Source: an uncultured delta proteobacterium (GTDB lineage Bacteria; Desulfobacterota; Binatia; UBA9968). From it: a stretch of DNA of 64,000 nucleotides. This document shows, piece by piece, positions 9,600-19,372 of this stretch. The position numbers and the translations under genes were made by a program. The first letter of the stretch is position 1. Each line of letters begins with the position of its first letter. Under the pieces are notes generated by a model. It saw nothing but the letters and a program-made list of their open reading frames with translations. It did no database searches and had not been told where the DNA came from. The stretch spans positions 64,001-128,000 of the forward strand of contig CAWFJP010000030.1 of NCBI GenBank assembly GCA_963816145.1, given 5' to 3'.

Positions 9600-11063
9600 C
9601 TATTTTCCAAACACCCGAAAGTACATCTTCGCCAGAGCCGGCTCCATGCTGCGCGCGGCGGCGAGTTCCCTTTGCATGGATGGCTCAAGACGGCCACGCG
9701 CGTCTTCGGCGCGCTTGAGCACTTCCATCTCGTCGACCTTAGCGAGCCGCCCGCCTTCAACGACGATCTCGCCATTGACCAGCACCGTATCGACGTTGCT
9801 GCCGTTCTCGCAGAATACGATCTGATTGACGGCATCGTTCAGCGGCCGGTACGCCGGCGTGTCGCGGCGCAGGAGAACGATATCGGCGAGTTTTCCCGCC
9901 GCGATCACGCCGGCGTCCAGGCCAAATGCGCGGGCGCCGTTGCGCGTCGCCATGGCCAGCGCTTGCGCGGGATTGACCCACTGATTGAAGTCGCTGCCCG
10001 CCTGATTGTGAATCAGCGAAACCAGACGCGCGGCATCGAACATGTTCTGGTTGTCGTTGGACGCCGCGCCGTCGGTGCCTAATCCGACATTCACACCTGC
10101 GGCGACAAATTCCTTTACCTTGGCGAGACCGCTGCCGATGCGCAGGTTACTCGCCGGATTGTGTACTGGCGTGGCACCGCGTCGGGCAAACAGCTCGACA
10201 TCCGTATCCTCTATCCAGATCGAGTGAGCGCAGGAAAGATTGGCGCCGACGATACCAAGCGAATCGAGGTGCTGCAAAAGCGAATGGCCATAAATCGCAT
10301 TTCCCTGCGCCTGCTGCGCCTTGGTTTCGGCAAGATGAATATGCAGCGGCAAATTTGCCTTGCGCGCAAGCTCGGCGCAGCCCGTCAGCAGCGCATCGGT
10401 GCAGCGCTGCACCGCGGACGGACCAGGGCACGCGGTCGTGAGTTTTTCCGGCGCGTGAAACGTCGCAACAAACTCCCCGCACTCGTCGAGCCAAGCTTGG
10501 GTCGTCTTGGCTTCGCTGGCGCTCATGCGCTTGATTTCGTCGTTCAAGCTCGCGTCGGTTTGGCCGAGCGGAATGGTGTCTTCGTAGTTTTTGTCGGTCA
10601 CCGTCAGCGCCGCAACATGGCGCAGGCCGAGATCGCGCATCGCCTGGATCGCCGCCCCCGCCCCCATGAAGCGGCATGCCGCGCTGCCGGCAAAATGATC
10701 GAGCACCGTGGTCGCGCCGTTCTTGAGCATCTCCATACCGCCCAGAAGCGCGCTGGCGTAGAAGTCGTCCTCGCGCATGTCGCGCAGCGATGCCCGGTAG
10801 TAAGCGCGCCAGATTTCCAACGGTTTGCTCGGCATCATGCCGCGCACCAGGTTCGCCGCCGAGTGGCAGTGAGCGTTCACCATGCCCGGCATGGCGATCA
10901 TCCGATCGGCGTCGATGACTCTGTCGAACGAACCCTCCGGCGTCCACTCCGCCGGTCCGCAATAACCAATCCTATTGCCGTCGATGACGATGCTGGCCTG
11001 GTCAACGATATCGTTGTGCTCGTTCATGGTCACGAGCAGCGGATTACGAATTAGAATTTTCAT
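9600..11063 (-). CDS. Metal-dependent amidohydrolase (MTA/SAH deaminase, AtzA/TrzA-like)
   Basis: PGMVNAHCH, HIHLAET, AHSIW, LGTDGAASND motifs. Confidence 0.9.
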   Translation of the reverse strand: MKILIRNPLLVTMNEHNDIVDQASIVIDGNRIGYCGPAEWTPEGSFDRVIDADRMIAMPGMVNAHCHSAANLVRGMMPSKPLEIWRAYYRASLRDMREDDFYASALLGGMEMLKNGATTVLDHFAGSAACRFMGAGAAIQAMRDLGLRHVAALTVTDKNYEDTIPLGQTDASLNDEIKRMSASEAKTTQAWLDECGEFVATFHAPEKLTTACPGPSAVQRCTDALLTGCAELARKANLPLHIHLAETKAQQAQGNAIYGHSLLQHLDSLGIVGANLSCAHSIWIEDTDVELFARRGATPVHNPASNLRIGSGLAKVKEFVAAGVNVGLGTDGAASNDNQNMFDAARLVSLIHNQAGSDFNQWVNPAQALAMATRNGARAFGLDAGVIAAGKLADIVLLRRDTPAYRPLNDAVNQIVFCENGSNVDTVLVNGEIVVEGGRLAKVDEMEVLKRAEDARGRLEPSMQRELAAARSMEPALAKMYFRVFGK

Positions 11064-11073
11064 TACGCGAGCG

Positions 11074-11126
11074 ACCCAACGATTGGAACCGCTGGAACCA
11101 TTGGAACGACTGGAACGTGTTCCAAC
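11074..11126. repeat. 9-nt tandem repeat (TGGAAC family)
   Basis: gattggaac cgctggaac cattggaac gactggaac. Confidence 0.7.
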
Positions 11127-11128
11127 TT

Positions 11129-11797
11129 TTAGACAAACCCCATCTTGCGGCCCCAGTTATCAGGATCCTTCAAGAAATCGACGATCTGGTTCTTTTGCTC
11201 CTCAGTGAAGTACTTTTTGCTCGTGCCGGTGTCCAGGACATCGTCCCAGTTGGCCAGCACATGGAGCGCGATATCGTTCTTCGCCAAGGCTTCCTTGCCT
11301 TCATGCTGATTGAGCCGGTCGGAAGCGTAATCGAAAACGCACAGGCAATGGGTCGTCTTGGCGCCCGCCCCGCGCACGCCGATGTTGAAGCGCAGCTTGC
11401 TCAAACCATCGGTAATCAAGTCCTCGACCATGAGCACGCGCTTGCCGGGTTCGAGAATCCCCTCGATTTGCTTGGTGCCGCCGTAGCCTTTGGGCTGCTT
11501 ACGGATATAAATCATCGGCTTTTTGACGATATGGGCGACAAACGCCGCGTAGGGTATCCCCGCGGTCTCGCCGCCGGCGACGACATCGAAGTTGTCGAGA
11601 CCGATATCGGTTTCCGCCATCGTCGCCAGCGCCGTGACGATGTATTCGCGCTCCGCAGCAAAGGACAGCAGCTTACGGCAATCGATGTAAACCGGCGAAA
11701 TTCGCCCGGAGACGAACACGAATGGCTTGTCTTTGTAGACCGCGATCGACTCCGTCGACAACAGCATCTCGGCAACTTTCTTGGACACTTCGCTCAT
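11129..11797 (-). CDS. pyrE: Orotate phosphoribosyltransferase
   Basis: SGRISPVYIDCR, IYIRKQPKGYG, PRPP-binding MVEDLITDG. Confidence 0.9.
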   Translation of the reverse strand: MSEVSKKVAEMLLSTESIAVYKDKPFVFVSGRISPVYIDCRKLLSFAAEREYIVTALATMAETDIGLDNFDVVAGGETAGIPYAAFVAHIVKKPMIYIRKQPKGYGGTKQIEGILEPGKRVLMVEDLITDGLSKLRFNIGVRGAGAKTTHCLCVFDYASDRLNQHEGKEALAKNDIALHVLANWDDVLDTGTSKKYFTEEQKNQIVDFLKDPDNWGRKMGFV

Positions 11798-11903
11798 GGA
11801 AAAACCTCTCAGGTTTTTGGATTAAGGCAAGGTCATAACATAGCAATGTTGCATTGCCAACGCTCGTGGGCGCACAGCTAGCAAATGGCATGAGAGGCAG
11901 TTT

Positions 11904-11986
11904 TCACCACGAAAGAGACACGAAGGGCACGAAGGTTCCGGAGAACAAATATTCCGAACTTCGTGTGCTTCGTGCCTTCGTGGTGA
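11904..11986. repeat. Long palindromic CACGAAG-unit element
   Basis: tcaccacgaa..cacgaagggcacgaag ... cttcgtgtgcttcgtgccttcgtggtga. Confidence 0.8.
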
Positions 11987-12094
11987 GATAGAATTTTTGT
12001 CGATAACGGCAAGGACGAAAATCGTAGGAATCGAGATGATCCCATCGCTGCAAAGATAGCCGACGCTATCCTGCAGCTCGGGTGTGTGAGTGGA

Positions 12095-12217
12095 TCATTT
12101 GACCTTCAGTGAAAAGCCTTTGGTCTCTTTCTTGGCCCGTTTATCCGCCCGCTTTTCCATCAAAGTTTTGAGCGGCTTCTTCTTGCTTTGCTTCTTCGAG
12201 TCCATCCCTTTACTCAT
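12095..12217 (-). CDS. 40-aa lysine-rich small protein (not in ORF track)
   Basis: MSKGMDSKKQSKKKPLKTLMEKRADKRAKKETKGFSLKVK with AAGGAG RBS upstream. Confidence 0.7.
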   Translation of the reverse strand: MSKGMDSKKQSKKKPLKTLMEKRADKRAKKETKGFSLKVK

Positions 12218-12310
12218 ATGCGTCGCTCCTTCTGGCTGGGTTTGACGGGCGCGGCATATAGCCGCGCGCGTACGTCGATAACATTCACCGCATCATCCAC
12301 GCCACAACAA

Positions 12311-12655
12311 CTATTTTCCACAGCAGTTTTTGAATTTCTTGCCGCTGCCACAGGAGCAAGGTTCATTACGCCCGACTTTCTTTTCCACGACCGTCGGTTT
12401 CTGCGGATGGAGCAACCGCTCCAGATCGCCAACATCCTCAGCCTTGTCTGGCTCGACGCTGATGCGACATTTCCAACCATGCTGTTCGAAGGTCGCACTC
12501 ACTTCCTTGAAGCGCTCCTCCGACTGAACCCGGACAACCGCCGGATTCTTTTCACTGCCCAATTTGGCGGCTTTCTTCACGCCAAAGGAGTTTATCCGAC
12601 TGTCCGCGTCGACACTGCTGCGCATCGTTCCGATATCAGTAATTCGATTACTCAT
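12311..12655 (-). CDS. SEC-C metal-binding motif protein (PBPRA1643-like); true start may be GTG at 12580
   Basis: [16 protein letters not shown] and C-terminal [20 protein letters not shown]. Confidence 0.85.
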   Translation of the reverse strand: MSNRITDIGTMRSSVDADSRINSFGVKKAAKLGSEKNPAVVRVQSEERFKEVSATFEQHGWKCRISVEPDKAEDVGDLERLLHPQKPTVVEKKVGRNEPCSCGSGKKFKNCCGK

Positions 12656-12810
12656 AGCGTCATTATTTCAGTTATTGGCCCACTTAGCTATATCAGGCGC
12701 GCCCTCGCTGCTCGCTCGGGGGAACTCGTTTTAAGCACGAATAACAGGAAGCCGACATAAAAAAGTTGCGGCGTGCGTGCGCTTCGTTGGATTCGTGGTC
12801 AATTTTTTAC

Positions 12811-13842
12811 CTACGGCCGCAGCTTATACTTCCGCTCGATATCCTCGACATACCCGCTCTTCACCACCTTGGTCAGTATGCGCTGATCGAGCAGCTCCTC
12901 GACGTTGAATTTGACAATCTTCGGATCGCGCATGGCGATGATGTCCTGGGCGGTTTTCAGGCCCTTTGGGGTGACATACGTGTAGGAGGTGAGGTCGTCG
13001 AGCAGAAATTTGTAACCCAGCTCGGCGAGCTGGCGGTCGACCTTGATATATTTTTGCAGCAGCATGACACCGCGCTCTTTATTCGCTCGCATGAACGCGC
13101 TGGCTTCAATCATGGCTTTGATGTAGTTCTCGATGGTCTGCGGATGTTTTTGCACGAAGGCTTCGGCGCACATGAACGGACTGGAGGGTAGAGCGATCTT
13201 GCTCAAATCAAACAACGGTTTCACACCGAGAGTCTGCAGCCGCGCAGATTGCAATTTATCCAATGCCGCGCCGTCGATAATGCCGTTCGCCAAAGATTGC
13301 GCTATCACCGTGCTGTCGCCGATCGCTTGGATGCTGATGTTGTCCCTTTGCGGGTCGAGGCCCATCTCGCGCAGCGACAGCATGGTGAGGCTCCAGAGCA
13401 GACCGCTGAAGTCCTGCACGCCGATCTTCTTACCGCGCAAGTCGCCGGGCTTGCTAATCGACGGCGCGACCAGGAAATCGTAGGACGCCCGCTCGGCAAA
13501 CAGCGACATGATGATTTTGAGCTTGGCCCCTTGGGCGGCGGCAGAAAGCATGCTCGAAGCGCTGCCCCGAACGAACTGGACTTCGTTGGAAACCAGTGCC
13601 GAGACTTGGATCGGCGCGCTGCGCACCGCGACCAGGTCCGCTTCCAAACCGTGCCTGGCGAAAATGCCTTCCTCCTTGGCGAGCCAGACCGGCGTCCCGG
13701 AGGCGGATACACCGGAATAAGCGATACGAATCGGCTCGGCGCGCGCCGGAGCAGCCGACAGCATCAGAAAAGCGATCAGCAAGAGTTTTGTAGTGACCAT
13801 GGCGACTATCCTCCCTGCATAAGTTAAGACAGTGGATATCAC
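12811..13842 (-). CDS. ABC transporter substrate-binding protein, NMT1/SsuA family
   Basis: IRIAYS, WLAKEEGIFARHGLE, DLRGKKIGV; signal peptide. Confidence 0.85.
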   Translation of the reverse strand: MISTVLTYAGRIVAMVTTKLLLIAFLMLSAAPARAEPIRIAYSGVSASGTPVWLAKEEGIFARHGLEADLVAVRSAPIQVSALVSNEVQFVRGSASSMLSAAAQGAKLKIIMSLFAERASYDFLVAPSISKPGDLRGKKIGVQDFSGLLWSLTMLSLREMGLDPQRDNISIQAIGDSTVIAQSLANGIIDGAALDKLQSARLQTLGVKPLFDLSKIALPSSPFMCAEAFVQKHPQTIENYIKAMIEASAFMRANKERGVMLLQKYIKVDRQLAELGYKFLLDDLTSYTYVTPKGLKTAQDIIAMRDPKIVKFNVEELLDQRILTKVVKSGYVEDIERKYKLRP

Positions 13843-13973
13843 GAACCATTTGCTGCTATTGGGCCGCTTCTAACACGGCGCCGCTCCGGCTGACAACGAC
13901 AATCGCCCCGCCGGGTTATCGGGAGGGAAAAATGAATTCTCAGCAAAGCCGGAAACTGCTACACTGGTTGTGA

Positions 13974-15266
13974 ATGAAGCGCCTGCCCACGGCCAACGGT
14001 CCGTCCACCCTGCCCGCCATCAACCAGCGTCGTCTCATGCGCGACCTCAACGCCATCGGCCGCATCGGCATCGGCAATCGCGGCGGTGTGACACGCTTGG
14101 TGTTTTCCATTAAAGAGCTGCGCAGCCGACAGGTGCTGATTCATCTCATGCGCCAGGCCGGATTGAAGGTTCATATCGACGGCATCGGCAATATCTTCGG
14201 CCGGTTCGAAGGCCGCGATGCCAAAGGGCCGGCGGTGCTGTCTGGATCACATCTGGACACGGTGATTCATGGCGGCAAATACGACGGCCCGGTGGGCGTC
14301 ATCGGCGCCCTGGAGGCGGTACGCACGATTTGCGAGAACAGAATTCCGATCCACTCGCCGCTCGAAGTAGTCTGCTTCGTCGGCGAGGAGTCGAGCCGCT
14401 TCGGCTTTTCGACCCTGGGCAGTAGCTTGGCTGCCGGCGAAGTCCATCCGAAAGACCTGACCAACGCCGTTGACAGCCAGGGAACAAAGCTCGCCGATGT
14501 GCTTGCAAGTCTTGGCATCTCGCAGAAAAATCTCCGCGGCCTCGCCCGCGACCCGAAGAGTGTCAAGGCCTATCTCGAACTCCACATCGAACAAGGGCCG
14601 ATCCTCGAAGCCATCGGCAAAAGAATCGGTCTGGTCACATCTATCGCCGCGCCGAGCCGGTTCAAAGTGATTTTCACCGGCCAGGCCGACCACTCTGGCA
14701 CCACGCCCATGGAAATGCGCAAAGACGCCCTGGTCGCCGCGGCATTGCTGATCGAATTCATCGAAAATACTTGCCGCAAGTTTTCCGCCATGGCCAAAGG
14801 CCGCGTGGTCGGCACCGTCGGCGCCATGAAGATCGAGCCCGGCGTTATCAACGCCGTGCCGGGCAAAACCGAACTGCTGGTCGATATTCGCGCCATCACG
14901 GCGCAAGCGAAAGACCGCGTCGCGCGCTTGGTCAAAGCGCAAGCGCAAAACATCGCGCGCAAGCGCGGTATCGGTGTGGAGGCTCTGACCATACGCGAAG
15001 AAGACCCCGTGCCGCTGGATACTCGGCTCCTGCGATTGACCAAGCAAATCTGCCAGGAGAAAAACATCGTGTATGAAATCATGCCATCGGGCGCCGGTCA
15101 CGACGCCATGCAGATGGCCAAGATCACGCCGGCGGGGATGATTTTCATTCCCAGCCAGCGCGGCATTAGCCACAACCCGTTGGAATGGACCGATCCCGAT
15201 GACATCGGATTGGGCACACAAATATTGATGGAGACCATGGTCAGAGTCGCCAATGAAAAATACTAA
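13974..15266 (+). CDS. M20 family Zn hydrolase (N-carbamoyl-amino acid / allantoate amidohydrolase-like)
   Basis: GSHLDTV, YDGPVG, EESSRF, ELHIEQG, SGAGHDA, SHNP. Confidence 0.9.
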   Translation: MKRLPTANGPSTLPAINQRRLMRDLNAIGRIGIGNRGGVTRLVFSIKELRSRQVLIHLMRQAGLKVHIDGIGNIFGRFEGRDAKGPAVLSGSHLDTVIHGGKYDGPVGVIGALEAVRTICENRIPIHSPLEVVCFVGEESSRFGFSTLGSSLAAGEVHPKDLTNAVDSQGTKLADVLASLGISQKNLRGLARDPKSVKAYLELHIEQGPILEAIGKRIGLVTSIAAPSRFKVIFTGQADHSGTTPMEMRKDALVAAALLIEFIENTCRKFSAMAKGRVVGTVGAMKIEPGVINAVPGKTELLVDIRAITAQAKDRVARLVKAQAQNIARKRGIGVEALTIREEDPVPLDTRLLRLTKQICQEKNIVYEIMPSGAGHDAMQMAKITPAGMIFIPSQRGISHNPLEWTDPDDIGLGTQILMETMVRVANEKY

Positions 15267-15795
15267 AGCCAAGAAAAAGCGAATTCTCACCCCGGTCCAA
15301 ATCGCGGCGATCTTTGAGCGCTTCGCGCGCGAGATGGCCAACGCCTATGGCGGCCTGGATCAAGTCGTCTTTATAGGTGTCCGAACCCGCGGTCCCTATG
15401 TCGCCAAGCGCCTCGCCGCGATCATCAAGAAGCGGCACAGTAAAGAGATCCCCATCGGCGAGATGGACATCACGCTCTACCGCGACGACTTGAACGCGCT
15501 CTTGCCCGGCGGCACCATCGACCACACGCGCATCCCGTTCGACATCGCCAACAAGATCGTCGTGCTGTTTGACGATGTATTGAACACCGGCCGCACCGTG
15601 CGCGCCGCCGTCGATCACCTAATCGACCTCGGCCGGCCGCGCATGATCCATCTCGCCGTAATGATCGACCGCGGCGGCCGCGAACTGCCGATCGCTGCCA
15701 ACTACATCGGCAAAAAGATCAATTTGAAAAGCGGCGGCAACGTCGAAGTCAGGCTCAAGGAAGTCGACAGGACCGATGAAGTATTGGTGCGATAA
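15253..15795 (+). CDS. pyrR: Pyrimidine regulator / uracil phosphoribosyltransferase PyrR
   Basis: DITLYRDD, LFDDVLNTGRTVRAA, DRGGRELPI; overlaps the upstream gene. Confidence 0.92.
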   Translation: MKNTKAKKKRILTPVQIAAIFERFAREMANAYGGLDQVVFIGVRTRGPYVAKRLAAIIKKRHSKEIPIGEMDITLYRDDLNALLPGGTIDHTRIPFDIANKIVVLFDDVLNTGRTVRAAVDHLIDLGRPRMIHLAVMIDRGGRELPIAANYIGKKINLKSGGNVEVRLKEVDRTDEVLVR

Positions 15796-15808
15796 CCATT
15801 TCCATGAT

Positions 15809-15879
15809 TCACCACGAAGACACGAAGAGCACGAAGTTCGGAATTTGATTAATCCGGAACCTTCGTGCCGTTGTGTTGA
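15809..15879. repeat. CACGAAG-unit palindromic element (partly decayed)
   Basis: tcaccacgaagacacgaagagcacgaagttcgga...tccggaaccttcgtg. Confidence 0.75.
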
Positions 15880-16158
15880 GTAACCTTCCCGAATATTGCT
15901 TATTTTTTGCTATCACCACCCCGCTGGCAGTGCGGATCGGCCAAACCACCGCTAAGCTGCAAGTCGAATTCGAAAAGCGTAACGGTCGTTGAGACCGACC
16001 AAGGCGGCCTGGGCGCGCACCGCAAGAATGCTGATGAGCAACCACGTTTACCGGCAGAGAGCGGATCTGTTGACCCCATTGTAATAAATAGACTTGACAC
16101 AATTCGGCCTGCGTGGTGATTTACTGCCACGAGGGATTTTTCACCGTAGGAGGTTAAC

Positions 16159-17481
16159 ATGCAGCGGACATTGATCAACTTGCTGACGGGGTTCCTGTGT
16201 TTTGTCTTTAACATCAATATTGCCGCGGCCAGAGATGTCGTCATCGTGACCTCATTCCCGAAAGAGCTTTTTGAGACCTACAAAAAGACTTTCGAAGCGA
16301 AACATCCCGGCACCACGGTGGTCATCAATAGCAAGCAAACCAACGCCGGTGTCACCTACCTGCGCGAGACCAAGGCGAAACCCGAAGCGGACATTTTTTG
16401 GGTCAGTGCCCCGGATGCGTTTCAGACCCTCGACAGCGATGGGCTCCTCGAAAAGTACGCGCCGCCGAAGGAAATCATGGCCAAGATACCGGCCAAGATC
16501 GGCAACTTTCCGATCCACGATCTCGACGGCAAATACTTCGGCTTTGCTATCAGCGGTTACGGCTTGATGTGGAACAAGAATTACATGAAAGCGCACAAAC
16601 TGCCGCCGCCCAAAGAGTGGACCGATCTGACCCAGTCGCGCTACTACAATCATCTCATCATCAGCGCGCCGTCGCGCAGCGGCACCACCCATCTGACGAT
16701 CGAGACCATCCTGCAAGCCTATGGCTGGGACAAAGGCTGGGCGCTGTTGCTCAACGCCGGCGGCAACATGGGCAGCATCACCGAACGCAGCTTCGGCGTC
16801 CCCGAAGCGGTCATCAGCGGCCAATACGGCGTCGGCGTGGTCATCGACTTCTTCGGTCTGTCGGCCATCGCCAGCGGCCAGCCGGTGGAGTTTGCCTATC
16901 CGTCGTTGACTTCGGTAGTACCGGCTAGCGTTGGCATTATCAAAGGCGGCCCCAACCCGCAGGAAGCGCGCGCCTTCGTCAACTACCTTCTGAGTGAAGC
17001 GGGACAGACCGTCCTGTTCGCCCCCGAGATTGCCCGCCTGCCGGTGATCCCGGAACTCTACGCCAAAGCGCCCAAGGACTATCCCAACCCATTCAAGAAA
17101 AAATTGGGCGGCGTGGAATTCAACGACGAGTTGTCGTCGAGCCGGCGCGACGTGGTCAACTCCCTGTACGATCACATCATCACCTTCCGCCACAAAGAAC
17201 TGCGCGAAGCCTGGAAGAGCATTTACACCGCCGAAGAAGTGCTGGCGAAAAGTAAATCGACCAACGTGCCCCAGGGCAAAGCCTTGATCGCCGACGCGCG
17301 TAGACTGGCGAGCCAAATGCCGATCAACGACAAACGCGCCGTCGACAAGGAAGTCACCGGCGCCTTCAAGTCCAAATCCGGGCTCAAATCGCAACTCGAA
17401 ACCGAGTGGGAAAATGCCGCGCGCGGCAACTACACCAAAGCCAAAGAGCTGTCGGAAAAAGCCGCGGCATTGGCGAAATAG
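16159..17481 (+). CDS. ABC transporter extracellular solute-binding protein (Fe3+/PgtC-like)
   Basis: VVIVTSFPKE, PSRSGTTH, GPNPQEARAFVNYLLS; AGGAGG RBS. Confidence 0.85.
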   Translation: MQRTLINLLTGFLCFVFNINIAAARDVVIVTSFPKELFETYKKTFEAKHPGTTVVINSKQTNAGVTYLRETKAKPEADIFWVSAPDAFQTLDSDGLLEKYAPPKEIMAKIPAKIGNFPIHDLDGKYFGFAISGYGLMWNKNYMKAHKLPPPKEWTDLTQSRYYNHLIISAPSRSGTTHLTIETILQAYGWDKGWALLLNAGGNMGSITERSFGVPEAVISGQYGVGVVIDFFGLSAIASGQPVEFAYPSLTSVVPASVGIIKGGPNPQEARAFVNYLLSEAGQTVLFAPEIARLPVIPELYAKAPKDYPNPFKKKLGGVEFNDELSSSRRDVVNSLYDHIITFRHKELREAWKSIYTAEEVLAKSKSTNVPQGKALIADARRLASQMPINDKRAVDKEVTGAFKSKSGLKSQLETEWENAARGNYTKAKELSEKAAALAK

Positions 17482-17535
17482 ATTCACGGGAAGAGCACGA
17501 GACGGATGCACGGCAACGAAACGGGTAAGCTTCAT

Positions 17536-17636
17536 TCACCACGAAGGACACGAAGATCACGAAGTTCTCGTAGGGGGGCGGGCTCGAAACCCGCCGTTAC
17601 TCTCCAAACCGTTCATGACCTTAGGGTCTTCGTGGT
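17536..17636. repeat. CACGAAG element with a nested GTAG-type REP hairpin (17570-17600)
   Basis: caccacgaaggacacgaagatcacgaag - gtaggggggcgggctcgaaacccgccgttac - cttcgtggt. Confidence 0.7.
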
Positions 17637-17663
17637 CCGTATTACAGCGATCGATCTTCAACC

Positions 17664-19370
17664 ATGGGGTTAAGCGCAACCGCGACCATCGCATCGCCAC
17701 GCCAACGCACCGACTGGTGGCAAGGCGGCATGATGGTCGCACTCTTAACCATTCTCACGGCGTTTATTCTCTATCCCGTACTACGAGTCCTGTGGATTTC
17801 TGTTACCGACGATCAGAGCAACGTGACGCTAATTCACTTCGGCAATTTTTTTCGCCGGCCGCTGTTTCGCGAAGCGCTGTGGAACACGCTATGGAGCGGC
17901 GCTCTCGTCGTCATCTTTAGCGCTGTGCTTGCTTTGCCGCTGGCCTATGTGCTGGCGCGCTACGAGTTTCGCGGCAAGCTGCTCCTCCAAACCGCGGCGA
18001 CCCTGCCGCTGGTGATCCCGCCCTTTGTTGGCGCGGTGGCGTTGCAGTTGATTCTTGGGCGCAGCGGCATGGTGAACCTGCTGCTCCAAGACTGGTTCGA
18101 TCTCTCGATCCCGTTCATGGAAGGGCTCACCGGTGTCGTGCTGGTGCAGACGCTACATTTTTTCCCGTTCATTTTGCTCAACACAGTAGTGTCGCTATCG
18201 AACATCGACGCGTCCCTCGAAGAAATGGCGCAGAATCTCGGCTGCCACGGCTTTCGTCTGTTTCGCCGCGTTACCTTGCCGCTGATGCTGCCGGGCTTCA
18301 TCGCCGGCTCGCTTCTGACCTTCATCCGCGCCATCGATGATCTCGGCACGCCGCTGATGTTGAATTACAAAAACCTGCTGGCGCCGCAGGCTTACCTACG
18401 CATCACCACGATCGGTATGGACGATGTCGACGGTTACGTCGTCTGCGTGGTTTTGGTGGTGCTTTCGATGGCGACGCTGTTAGGCGCGCGCAAATACTTG
18501 AGTCTGGCCGAATATGCCACGGTTCAGCGCGCTGCGCCGGTTTCGCGCCCACTGCACGGCCGGAGTCTAACAATGGTTTGGCTCGTCATCGCCGTCATTC
18601 TGGGCATTAGCCTCTTGCCCCACATCGGCATTGTCCTGCTCTCGTTTGCCAAAGTCTGGAGCTTTTCGCTGTTGCCAACGACCTATACGCTCGGCCATTA
18701 CGAAGAAATATTGTTTCGCGTGCCGCACTTCGTCATCAATACCTTGATCTATACGCTGCTCGCCGCGGCTCTCGACATAGTGCTCGGCGCCGCCATCGCA
18801 TTTCTGTTGCTGCGCACCGGCGTGCCCGGCCGCAATGCGCTCGACGCCATCGCTACCATGCCGCTGGCGATTCCCGGTGTCGTTTTGGCGGTCGGCTATC
18901 TGAGAGTTTTTCACGGCTGGGACTTCCCCGGCGTTGGCGCGCCCCTGACATCTTCGTGGCTGATACTCGTGGTCGCTTATACCATGCGGCGGCTGCCCTA
19001 CACCGTGCGCGCCTGCTACGCCGCCCTGCAACAGGTACATATCACCCTCGAAGAATCGGCGCAAAACCTGGGCGCCAATCGTTTTCGCACTTTCATCAAA
19101 ATCACGTTACCCATGATCAGCGGTGGCCTAGTCGCCGGTGGGTTAATCGCCTTCGTGACTTCCTGCGTCGAACTCGCTTCAACGATCATGCTCGTGCCGC
19201 GCATCGAGTTGGGACCGATTTCCTATGGCATTTATCTCTACATGCAGAGTCCACTGGGGCGGGGCGCCGGTGCCGCGCTGGGTGTGGTCGCGATACTGTT
19301 AGTTTCCCTGGGAACCTATCTCACCCACCGGGCTTTCGGCGGACGCGCCGGCAACGCCTTTCGAGTTTAA
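17664..19370 (+). CDS. ABC permease, FbpB-like (two BPD_transp_1 domains)
   Basis: Two EAA-type loops (LEEMAQNLG, LEESAQNLGA); many TMs. Confidence 0.9.
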   Translation: MGLSATATIASPRQRTDWWQGGMMVALLTILTAFILYPVLRVLWISVTDDQSNVTLIHFGNFFRRPLFREALWNTLWSGALVVIFSAVLALPLAYVLARYEFRGKLLLQTAATLPLVIPPFVGAVALQLILGRSGMVNLLLQDWFDLSIPFMEGLTGVVLVQTLHFFPFILLNTVVSLSNIDASLEEMAQNLGCHGFRLFRRVTLPLMLPGFIAGSLLTFIRAIDDLGTPLMLNYKNLLAPQAYLRITTIGMDDVDGYVVCVVLVVLSMATLLGARKYLSLAEYATVQRAAPVSRPLHGRSLTMVWLVIAVILGISLLPHIGIVLLSFAKVWSFSLLPTTYTLGHYEEILFRVPHFVINTLIYTLLAAALDIVLGAAIAFLLLRTGVPGRNALDAIATMPLAIPGVVLAVGYLRVFHGWDFPGVGAPLTSSWLILVVAYTMRRLPYTVRACYAALQQVHITLEESAQNLGANRFRTFIKITLPMISGGLVAGGLIAFVTSCVELASTIMLVPRIELGPISYGIYLYMQSPLGRGAGAALGVVAILLVSLGTYLTHRAFGGRAGNAFRV

Positions 19371-19372
19371 CC

